A stretch of DNA of 64,000 bases from NCBI GenBank assembly GCA_963805975.1, contig CAWDVR010000002.1, forward strand, positions 776,543 to 840,542, given 5' to 3'. Under the pieces are notes generated by a model. The model did not search any database and was not told the origin of the DNA. It was given only the letters and a program-made list of their open reading frames with translations. The position numbers and the translations under genes are program-made. The stretch comes from an uncultured Acidobacteriota bacterium (GTDB taxonomy: Bacteria > Acidobacteriota > Thermoanaerobaculia > Multivoradales > SZUA-115). Every line of letters begins with the position of its first letter. The stretch's first letter is position 1. This document shows positions 42,099 through 50,012 of this stretch, piece after piece.

Positions 42099-43163
42099 TC
42101 ATGGGCACGTCGCCAGCGCCCCGGTGTCGGTGATGGTCACCGCAGTGCGGCCGAGGGGGTTGTGGTAGCTCGCCTGCTGGCCGGTCGAGAGGTCGGTGAC
42201 GGTCAGGTCGTACTCCACGTTGGTGGTGCCGGCGGCGAACACCCAGTAGCGGCCATTGACCGCGCAGCCGTCGAGCACCTTCACCTGCAGCTCCCAGTTG
42301 CTGTCGCGGAAGAACCACAGGAGTCCGGCGTCGGCGGTGCGGGCCTCCGTGGCGCGGGCCGCGCCGACGAGGCCGGAGGGCGCGCGCCAGGTGGCCTCGA
42401 CGGCGAAGCGGCCCTCCCGCAGGCAGAGGCGGGTGTCGCTCGGCTGGCAGCCGCCGGCCGTGTGGTAGGTCTGTGAGAGCAGAAATGCGAAGCCTTCCTC
42501 GAACGTGCCCGGCGGCCAGCCGCTGTGGCCCTGGCCGGGTGCGATCTCGCTCTCGACCGCCACACCGAGCCGCTGGAGCTGGTCGCGGATGGCGGCGAAG
42601 CTCTGGCCGGTGTAGTTGGGGTCCTGGTTGCCGTAGTAGAGGCGGATGGGCGCCGTGTAGTCCGCGTCCTCCACCCCGAGCACCGTACGGTAAGGCGCAC
42701 CCAGGGAGAAAACCCCTGCAAAGCGCAGCCTGGTGCCGTAGGCGAGCACGAAGGCATAGGCGCCGCCCGAGGAATGGCCGGCGATCGACACCCGCCGGGG
42801 GTCGACCGTGATCTCGGCCCGCAACTGGCGCAGGCTGTCCTCGATCGTCGCCTGGTCGTCACCGATGCCGAAGCCGAGGTTGGAGACCGACTTGGGCAGG
42901 ACCAGCGCGCAGCCGAGGGCGTCGGCCACGGGCTCGAGAAGGTCCTGCCAGTGCTCGGGAAAGGCCCCGGAGCCGTGCAGGAAGACGACGACCGGCGCCG
43001 GCTGGCCCTGGTCCAGCGCCGCCGGCAGGTAGCGGAGGGCGTACTCGCCCGTGGCCTCGATCTCGTAGCGCCGCCAGCCCGGGTCGGCCGCCCAGGCCGA
43101 GCCGGCGAGGAGAACAGGCAGCGCCAGGAGGGCTGCGCGAACGATCCGATGCCGGTTTCCCAT
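42099..43163 (-). CDS. Secreted alpha/beta-hydrolase (esterase/depolymerase-like) with C-terminal beta-sandwich domain
   Basis: Signal peptide. VVVFLHGSG. Nucleophile elbow IAGHSSGGAY. C-terminal Cys-containing extra domain. Confidence 0.8.
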   Translation of the reverse strand: MGNRHRIVRAALLALPVLLAGSAWAADPGWRRYEIEATGEYALRYLPAALDQGQPAPVVVFLHGSGAFPEHWQDLLEPVADALGCALVLPKSVSNLGFGIGDDQATIEDSLRQLRAEITVDPRRVSIAGHSSGGAYAFVLAYGTRLRFAGVFSLGAPYRTVLGVEDADYTAPIRLYYGNQDPNYTGQSFAAIRDQLQRLGVAVESEIAPGQGHSGWPPGTFEEGFAFLLSQTYHTAGGCQPSDTRLCLREGRFAVEATWRAPSGLVGAARATEARTADAGLLWFFRDSNWELQVKVLDGCAVNGRYWVFAAGTTNVEYDLTVTDLSTGQQASYHNPLGRTAVTITDTGALATCP

Positions 43164-43237
43164 GCCGTGCCAGCCTAGCAGGCCCGTGCCGCCCGCGGCA
43201 GCCCCGGTGGCTCCGCGGTTTACAATCCCGTCCGCCC

Positions 43238-44587
43238 ATGGACGACGCGACCCTCGACTCGCTCTTTGCCGCCCTGGCGGCCACGCCGGGGAACCTCGAG
43301 CTGCGGCGCGTGCTGGCCCGTGCCCTGGCCGCGCGGGAGGAGCCGGCGCGGGCTCTCGAGCTGCTGACCGGCGACGATCCGCAGGCCCTGACCGCCGACG
43401 ACCGCCTCCTCGCCGCCGACCTCGCGCTGGCGGCCGGCGACCCCGAGCGTGCCCTGGAGCATGCCGCGGGCAGCTCGCCCGAGGCGCTGATCCGGCAGGC
43501 GCGGGCGCTCGCCGCCCTCGGGCGCCAGCCGCAGGGCCGTGCGGCCTACGACCAGGCCGTGGCCGCCAACCCGGCGCTCGAAAGCCTGGATCTGAAGCAG
43601 CGTCTCGGCGCCACGGTGCGCACCTTCCCCAGGGTCGCGGAGCGCGGGCGCCCGCGCCTGGCCGTGATCTCGAACGACGACACGGACGCGAGCGAGGTCA
43701 AGCGCCTGCTGGTCCCCGAGGTGGAGCGCGTCTCCTTCGCCGACGTCGGCGGCCTCGACGAGATCAAGAAGCAAATCCACAAGCGCATCATCCTGCCGTT
43801 CCAGAAGCCCTCTCTCTTCGCGCGCTTCAAGCGGCGGGCAGGCGGCGGCATCCTGCTCTACGGGCCGCCGGGCTGCGGCAAGACCCTCCTCGCCCGCGCC
43901 ACGGCCGGCGAGTGCGGCGCCGCCTTCTTCAGCGTGGCGATCAACGACATCCTCGACATGTACATCGGCGAGTCGGAACGGAAGCTCCATGCTCTCTTCG
44001 AGCAGGCGCGGGAGAAGGCGCCCTCGGTGCTCTTCTTCGACGAGCTCGAGGCGCTGGGCGGCCGGCGCGAGCACACCCGCGAGTCCACCTCCTCGAAGCT
44101 CGTCAGCCAGTTCCTGACCGAGATGGACGGCTTCGCCCAGGGCAACCACGGCGTGCTGATCCTGGCTGCCACCAACGTGCCGTGGGCCATCGACCCGGCC
44201 TTCCGCCGGCCGGGGCGCTTCGACCGCGTGCTCTTCGTGCCGCCGCCCGACCGGCCGGCGCGCGCCGCCATCCTCGAGCTGCTCCTCGCCGGGCGGCCCA
44301 CCGCCGGCGCGCTCGACACCGGGAGCCTCGCCGCGGCGACCCCCGGTTTCTCCGGTGCCGACCTGGGCAACCTGGTCGAGACGGCGAGCGACGAGGCGAT
44401 CGAGGCCAGCCTCGAGCGCGGCAGCGAGGTGCCGATCGGCCCCGAGCACCTGAAGGCGGCGCGCGCCGAGGTCAAGCCGACCACTCTCGAATGGCTGACC
44501 ACGGCGCGCAACTACGCCCGCTACGCCAACGAGGGCGGCCAGTACGACGAGGTGCTGGAGTTCCTGAAGACCCACGGGAAGAGCTGA
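43238..44587 (+). CDS. TPR-like N-terminal domain fused to a single AAA+ ATPase module (CDC48/FtsH-type AAA)
   Basis: GILLYGPPGCGKTLLARA, VLFFDELEAL, second region of homology ILAATNVPWAIDPAFRRPGRFDR. Confidence 0.85.
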   Translation: MDDATLDSLFAALAATPGNLELRRVLARALAAREEPARALELLTGDDPQALTADDRLLAADLALAAGDPERALEHAAGSSPEALIRQARALAALGRQPQGRAAYDQAVAANPALESLDLKQRLGATVRTFPRVAERGRPRLAVISNDDTDASEVKRLLVPEVERVSFADVGGLDEIKKQIHKRIILPFQKPSLFARFKRRAGGGILLYGPPGCGKTLLARATAGECGAAFFSVAINDILDMYIGESERKLHALFEQAREKAPSVLFFDELEALGGRREHTRESTSSKLVSQFLTEMDGFAQGNHGVLILAATNVPWAIDPAFRRPGRFDRVLFVPPPDRPARAAILELLLAGRPTAGALDTGSLAAATPGFSGADLGNLVETASDEAIEASLERGSEVPIGPEHLKAARAEVKPTTLEWLTTARNYARYANEGGQYDEVLEFLKTHGKS

Positions 44588-45063
44588 TGACGGCGGCGGG
44601 CTACCACATCGAGGACGAGCCGCGGCCCGGCCCCTGGCAGCACCTCGCGATGCAGCCGTTCTGGCCGCTCCTGGCGATGATGCTCGCCGGCTCGTGGCTC
44701 GGCCTGCCGTGGTTCGTGGTCAACGGCTTCGTGGTGGGGAGCCCCACCCGCTGGCGGGAGGCGGCGCTCGCCGGGGCCGGCCTCGCCGGCAGCGTGGCGC
44801 TGGTCGTGCTGCTCTCGGTGCTGGTCCAGACGGCGGCGCTCTCCGCCACCACGCTGCCTTACGCCGCGGTGGGAATCACCGTGTGGAAGCTCGCCGTGGG
44901 CTACGTCCTCTTCCTCTGGCAGCAGCGGAGCATCCACCTCTACGAGTACTTCGGTGGCACCCTTGCCAACGGGCTGCCGGTTCTGCTCCTGGCCAGCATC
45001 GCCGGCGGTCGGCTGCTGTCCAAGGCCGTGACCCACCCTCTCTGGCGGATCGTCCTCTCGTGA
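44587..45063 (+). CDS. Small polytopic membrane protein (about 4 TM), translationally coupled (TGATG) to the AAA ATPase
   Basis: The C-terminal 158 aa of track ORF 43162..45063 is hydrophobic with distinct helices (FWPLLAMMLAGSWLGLPWFVVNGFVV...). The upstream part of that ORF is noise. Confidence 0.55.
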   Translation: MTAAGYHIEDEPRPGPWQHLAMQPFWPLLAMMLAGSWLGLPWFVVNGFVVGSPTRWREAALAGAGLAGSVALVVLLSVLVQTAALSATTLPYAAVGITVWKLAVGYVLFLWQQRSIHLYEYFGGTLANGLPVLLLASIAGGRLLSKAVTHPLWRIVLS

Positions 45064-45076
45064 GCGCCCACCGGCA

Positions 45077-46009
45077 ATGAACGGACGGGGTCTCGACCTC
45101 GAGCTGGCGCGCGCCCGCGAACAGATGCGCCAGGGCCAAGCGGACGCCGCGATCGAGTCGCTGCGCAAGGTGCTCTCCGCCGAGCCCGAGCACGCCGCGG
45201 CGCACGCGCTCCTCTCCTCGTGCCTGCTCGCCGACAAGCGGCTCCACGCCGCCCTCCACGAGGCGCGCGCCGCCCTGCGGCTCGATCCGGTCCTGCCGGA
45301 GGCGCGCCTCGCCCTGGCGGCGAGCCTGCTCGCGAAGCGCGACCTGAAAGGCGCCGCCGCGGAGCTCGAGGAGCTGCGGCGGATCGCTCCGGCGAGCGAC
45401 GCGCCCTACCGGATGCTCGCCGAGATCGAGAAGCTCAAGGCCAACCGCGCCGAGGTGAGACGGCTCCTCGAGCAGGCCCTGGCGCTCGACCCCGAAGATC
45501 CCGAGACCCTGGTCGAGCTGGGCGAGTGGCACCTCGAGCGCGGCGACGACGCCACGGCCCGCGCTCTGGCCCGCGAGGCGCTCTCGATCGTGCCCACCCT
45601 GCCCTCCGCGCTGGTGCTGATGGGACATTGCCTGCTGCGCCACGGCGAGGTCGAAGAAGCCCGCCAGCACGCCGTGTGGGCGCTCGCCCAGCGGCCCGAC
45701 GACACCGCGGCGCTGGCGCTCCTCGCCGCCATCAAGGCGCGCGGCAACTGGTTCCTGGGCCTCTGGTGGCGATGGAGCGTGTGGATGGGAGACCTGGGCG
45801 ACGGCCGCGCGCTCCTGGTGCTGTTCGGGGCTTATATTCTCTACCGCTTCGGCGTGGTGGCGCTGACGCAGAGCGAGGCGAAGGGACCCGCGGCGATCCT
45901 GCAGATCGCCTGGCTCTCCTTCTGCGTCTACACCTGGGTGGGGCCGGGCCTCTTTCGGCGTGCGCTCCGGAAAGATCTCGAGACGGTCGTGCTCAAGAAA
46001 GGTTTCTGA
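45077..46009 (+). CDS. TPR-repeat protein with C-terminal transmembrane helices
   Basis: TPR-like repeats (AAAHALLSSCLL..., ARLALAASLLAKRD...), then WFLGLWWRWSVWMGDLGDGRALLVLFGAYILYRF. Confidence 0.7.
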   Translation: MNGRGLDLELARAREQMRQGQADAAIESLRKVLSAEPEHAAAHALLSSCLLADKRLHAALHEARAALRLDPVLPEARLALAASLLAKRDLKGAAAELEELRRIAPASDAPYRMLAEIEKLKANRAEVRRLLEQALALDPEDPETLVELGEWHLERGDDATARALAREALSIVPTLPSALVLMGHCLLRHGEVEEARQHAVWALAQRPDDTAALALLAAIKARGNWFLGLWWRWSVWMGDLGDGRALLVLFGAYILYRFGVVALTQSEAKGPAAILQIAWLSFCVYTWVGPGLFRRALRKDLETVVLKKGF

Positions 46010-46017
46010 CTCCAACC

Positions 46018-47460
46018 ATGGAACGCCGCGCCAAGATCGTCGCCACCCTGGGGCCCGCGAGCTCCGAGCCCGCCATGGTCCGGCGCCTGCTCACCGCGGG
46101 GGTGGACGTGGTGCGGCTCAACCTCTCGCACGGCGACCAGGAGTCCCACCGCCGGCTGCTCGCCACGGTACGCGCCGAAGCCGCCGCGCTCGGCCGGCAC
46201 GTGCCGGTGCTCGCCGACCTCATGGGGCCCCGCTACCGCCTGGGCACCATCGCCGGCGGGCCACGCCTGCTGAAGCGTGGCGAGCGCGTGACGCTCGGCG
46301 CCGGGCCCGGGAGCTTCGACCTGCCGGTGGACGACCGCCAGCTCGTGGCGCACCTGCGGGCCGGGGAAACGGTGCTGATCGACAACGGCCTGGTCGAGCT
46401 CGCGGTGGAGGCCAAGCGCGCCGGGAGGGTGACGGCGCGGGTCACGACGCCCGGCCTGGTCTCGACCCGCAAAGGCATCAACCTGCCGGACACCGAGCTG
46501 CCGTTCGTGATCTCGAAGAAGGACCGCTCGGACCTCGCCTTCGCGGTACGCGAGGGCGTGGACTACGTGGCCGCGAGCTACGTGGCCGGTGCCGCCGACT
46601 TGAAGGCCCTGCGCCGCGCGGCCGCGCGCTTCGGCGAGCCGCCGCCGCTGGTGGCCAAGCTCGAGCGCAAGGCGGCCATCGAACGGCTGGACGAGATCCT
46701 CGCCGAGACCGACGCGGTGATGGTGGCGCGCGGCGACCTGGGGGTCGAGGTGCCGCTCGACCAGGTGCCGGTGCTGCAGAAGCGCATCGTCGCCGCCAGC
46801 CGCCGGACGGGCCTGCCGGTGATCGTGGCCACGCAGATGCTCGAGTCGATGATGGAGCGCCCGCGCCCGACCCGCGCCGAGGCCACCGACGTGGCCAACG
46901 CCGTGCTCGAGGGCGCGGACGCGGTGATGCTCTCCGGCGAGACCGCGGCCGGCCGCTACCCCGTCGAGGCGGTGAAGATGATGGCGCGCATCATCGAGCG
47001 CGCCGAGGCCTACCGCCGCGAGTTTCCGGAACGGATCACCCTGCGTCACGCCGCGGCCCCGACCCGTGGCGGTGCTCCCGACCCCCGGCAGGAGGCCGCC
47101 CGCGTGGTGTGTGCCACCGCGGCCCAGGCCGCGGACGAGCTGGGGGTCGCCTTCATCGTCGCCTTCAGCCAGGGAGGCTTCACCGCGCGCTCGATCGCCC
47201 GCTACCGGCCGACCGCACCGATCCGCGTCTTCACCACCGACGCCGCCGTGGCCCGCCAGGTGCAGCTCCTGTGGGGCATCCGGCCGCTGCTCATCGAGCG
47301 CGACGTGGACCACCTGGACGAGGTGGTCGAGGTGGTCGACCGCCAGTTGCGCCAGGCGCGGCTGGTCCGGGGCGGCGACTCGATCGTGCTCCTGATGGGT
47401 GACCCGATCCGCGAGCGCCCGCTCACCAACCTCATGCGCGTGCACCGCTTCGCCCCATGA
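46018..47460 (+). CDS. pyk: Pyruvate kinase
   Basis: MERRAKIVATLGPAS..., VARGDLGVEVP, MLSGETAAGRYPVEAV. Only the C-terminal 480 aa of the track ORF is real. Confidence 0.93.
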   Translation: MERRAKIVATLGPASSEPAMVRRLLTAGVDVVRLNLSHGDQESHRRLLATVRAEAAALGRHVPVLADLMGPRYRLGTIAGGPRLLKRGERVTLGAGPGSFDLPVDDRQLVAHLRAGETVLIDNGLVELAVEAKRAGRVTARVTTPGLVSTRKGINLPDTELPFVISKKDRSDLAFAVREGVDYVAASYVAGAADLKALRRAAARFGEPPPLVAKLERKAAIERLDEILAETDAVMVARGDLGVEVPLDQVPVLQKRIVAASRRTGLPVIVATQMLESMMERPRPTRAEATDVANAVLEGADAVMLSGETAAGRYPVEAVKMMARIIERAEAYRREFPERITLRHAAAPTRGGAPDPRQEAARVVCATAAQAADELGVAFIVAFSQGGFTARSIARYRPTAPIRVFTTDAAVARQVQLLWGIRPLLIERDVDHLDEVVEVVDRQLRQARLVRGGDSIVLLMGDPIRERPLTNLMRVHRFAP

Positions 47461-48170
47461 TCCCGCTGCGCGACCTCAACCGCAGCCGGACCTTCCCATG
47501 GGTGACGGTGGGGCTGATCGCCGTCAACGCCCTGCTCTTCCTCTACGAGCTGTCGCTCGGCGACCGGCTCGAGGGCTTCCTCTTCCAGGCGGCGTTCGTG
47601 CCCGCCAAGGCCTTCGCCTCCGGGCCCGGTGCCGGCCTCGACTTCGGCCTGGCGAGCGGCCTGCTGTCGATGTTCCTCCATGGCGGCTGGATGCACTTCC
47701 TCGGCAACATGCTCTTCCTGTGGATCTTCGGCGACAACGTGGAGGACCTGCTGGGCCGCTTCCGCTACCTGGTCTTCTACCTGCTCTGCGGCTACGCGGC
47801 GACCTTCGCCCACGCCTTCGCGAGCCCCGGCTCCACGGTGCCGGCGATCGGCGCCTCGGGCGCCATCGCAGGGGTGCTCGGCGCCTACCTGGTGCTCTTC
47901 CCCGGCGCCCGCGTCGTCACCCTGATCTTCCTCGGCTTCTTCAGCCAACTGGTGGAGCTTCCGGCGCTCCTCTACCTGGGCATCTGGTTCGTGATCCAGT
48001 TCTTCTCCGGCGTGGCCTCGGTCTCCTCGGACACCACGGCGGCCCAGGGCGGCGTCGCGTGGTTCGCGCACATCGGCGGCTTCGTGGCCGGGCCGATCCT
48101 GTACTTCCTCCTGGGCGGGCGCCGGCCGCCCCGCGACGCCTACCCGCCCCGGCGCTCGCCCTACTCCTGA
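47457..48170 (+). CDS. Rhomboid-family intramembrane serine protease
   Basis: GASGAIAGVLGAY is the catalytic Ser. AHIGGFVAG is the His. Six TM helices. ATGA overlap with pyk. Confidence 0.88.
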   Translation: MIPLRDLNRSRTFPWVTVGLIAVNALLFLYELSLGDRLEGFLFQAAFVPAKAFASGPGAGLDFGLASGLLSMFLHGGWMHFLGNMLFLWIFGDNVEDLLGRFRYLVFYLLCGYAATFAHAFASPGSTVPAIGASGAIAGVLGAYLVLFPGARVVTLIFLGFFSQLVELPALLYLGIWFVIQFFSGVASVSSDTTAAQGGVAWFAHIGGFVAGPILYFLLGGRRPPRDAYPPRRSPYS

Positions 48171-49666
48171 TGCGGGGGCCCTGGCAGAGCTGGCGAGCCG
48201 CCGCCTTCGTTGTCCTGGGGCTCGGTGCGCTGGCCGCGCTCGACGGTTTCTGGATCGAGCCGCGGCTGCTTCTGCTCCGCGACGAGGTGGAGCTCGGGCT
48301 CGAGCACCCACCGTTTCGCATCCTCCACCTGAGCGACCTGCACGTGGGGCGCGAGACGCAGATCGAGCGCCGCCTGCTCGCCGCCGCCGCCGCCGAGCGC
48401 CCGGATTTGATTGCCATCACCGGCGACATGGTGGCCGACACTCACGACCTGCCCAGGCTCGCGGAGCACACGGTGGCCGCCGCCCGCGTGCTGGCCGAGC
48501 TGCGGGCCGTGGCCCCGGTGGTGGCGGTGCAGGGGCACAGCGAGTACTACGGGCCGGTGGTGGCGACCCTCGGGCGCTCGGGGCTCGCCTGGCTCTCGAA
48601 CGAAGGCCGGCGCGCCGGCAGCGGCGCCGGTTTTCTGCTCCTGGGGCTCAACCAGCAGGTGGGCAGGGAGTCGACGAACCCCGGCTCCGAGCCGCCCTAC
48701 AAGCCGCTCACCGTGGGCGGCGAGGCCGCCTTCGGCCGCGACGAGGAGGGCTGGGAGAACGCCTACGACCACTACGACCCGGCGCCCGCGAGCCTGGTGG
48801 CGGACGGGGGGCCGCTCTCCTGGACCTCGTACACGCTGGACTGCGAGATCCGGCTGGGGGACGCCGAGGCGGAGGCCGGGGTCGCGGTGCTCAGCCGCTA
48901 CGTGCTGGGGGAGGACCGGTTGCTCCAGATCCGCCGGCCCTCGCCCGAGGGCGGTCCGCCCACCACTTTCAGCCTGGTGCCCCACGGCACGGCGCTCACC
49001 GACGGTCAGACGGACACCGGCGTCGCCCCCGAGCCCGGACGCTGGTACCGGCTGAAGGTGGCGACCGAGGTGGAGACGGCCGAGAGCCGGGTGCGATTCA
49101 AGGCCTGGCCGGCGGACGAGGCCGAGCCCAAGGACTGGCAGGCGTGGGCCACCGACGCCTCTCCCGAGCGGCTCACCGCCGGCACCGTGGGCCTCTGGGC
49201 CCGGCAGGGGACCGCCGCCTTCCGCAACCTCATCGTGACCGCCGCGGACGGCACGGTGCTGCTCACCGAGTCGCTGACCGGCGGCACCCTCCCGGCCGGC
49301 TTTCGTGAGGGCGCCCGCGCCACGCGACTCGAGCTCGCCCTCGCCCGCTCGCCCAGGCCGCCGCCCGGCACGCCGGTCATCGTCCTCGCCCACACCCCCG
49401 GCCCGGTGCTCGAGGCCGCCCGCCTGGGTCTCGACGCCGTGCTCGCCGGCCACACCCACGGCGGCCAGGTGCGCCTGCCCGGCCTGGCCCTCCTCACCCG
49501 CTCCACCATGGGCCTGCACTATGACCTGGGAGTCTTCGACTTCGCGGCGCCGAACCCACGAGGCTGGACTCGTCTCTATTTGAATCCCGGCGTCGGCACC
49601 TCGAAGCTCGCAGTGCGCTTCTTCTGCCCGCCGCGGTACGCGGTGGTGGAGGTGGGGAGTCGCTGA
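48170..49666 (+). CDS. Calcineurin-like metallophosphoesterase with a ~230-aa inserted DUF1080/LamG-like jelly-roll domain
   Basis: MPE motifs LHLSDLHVG, ITGDMVAD, VQGHSEYYG, LAHTPGP, GHTHGGQVRLPG. Between motifs III and IV sits an inserted domain ending GTVGLWARQGTAAFRNLIVT, the DUF1080-type C-terminal motif. TGATG coupling to the rhomboid gene. Confidence 0.8.
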   Translation: MRGPWQSWRAAAFVVLGLGALAALDGFWIEPRLLLLRDEVELGLEHPPFRILHLSDLHVGRETQIERRLLAAAAAERPDLIAITGDMVADTHDLPRLAEHTVAAARVLAELRAVAPVVAVQGHSEYYGPVVATLGRSGLAWLSNEGRRAGSGAGFLLLGLNQQVGRESTNPGSEPPYKPLTVGGEAAFGRDEEGWENAYDHYDPAPASLVADGGPLSWTSYTLDCEIRLGDAEAEAGVAVLSRYVLGEDRLLQIRRPSPEGGPPTTFSLVPHGTALTDGQTDTGVAPEPGRWYRLKVATEVETAESRVRFKAWPADEAEPKDWQAWATDASPERLTAGTVGLWARQGTAAFRNLIVTAADGTVLLTESLTGGTLPAGFREGARATRLELALARSPRPPPGTPVIVLAHTPGPVLEAARLGLDAVLAGHTHGGQVRLPGLALLTRSTMGLHYDLGVFDFAAPNPRGWTRLYLNPGVGTSKLAVRFFCPPRYAVVEVGSR

Positions 49667-49723
49667 GCCGCGGTCTTGTGCACGGCTGGCCGCAGCCCTA
49701 CGACGAAGGCAGCCAGCCCCGTC

Positions 49724-50012
49724 TCAGCCGCGGGTCCGGAACACCACCACGACCTCTTCGCCGCCCTCGGAATGGCGGCTGACGTCGCAGATCACGAACT
49801 GCTCCCGCAGCGAGCGCTCGCGGGCTGCCGGGGTCAGCCGCGGGTCGTCCGCGAACTGGATCTCCGTGACTCTCGTCTGCCCCCCGGAGAGCGGCACGAT
49901 CTCGACGTGGATATGGGCCGGCAGCGTGCTCGCCGGGTAGCCGCCGGGCCGGATCGTCTTCACCTCGAAGCGCCCTCGCTCATCGGTGAGCTCAGCCGAG
50001 GATGCGGTCAAC
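49724..50012 (-). CDS. Small protein with intradiol-dioxygenase-C-like / transthyretin-like beta-sandwich motif; TTG start overlapping the MMPL stop (TTGA)
   Basis: ...ERGRFEVKTIRPGGYPASTLPAHIHVEIVPLSGGQTRVTEIQFADDP... resembles the Dioxygenase_C core (GxYxFxTIxPGxYP...HIHf). Only about 96 aa. Confidence 0.45.
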
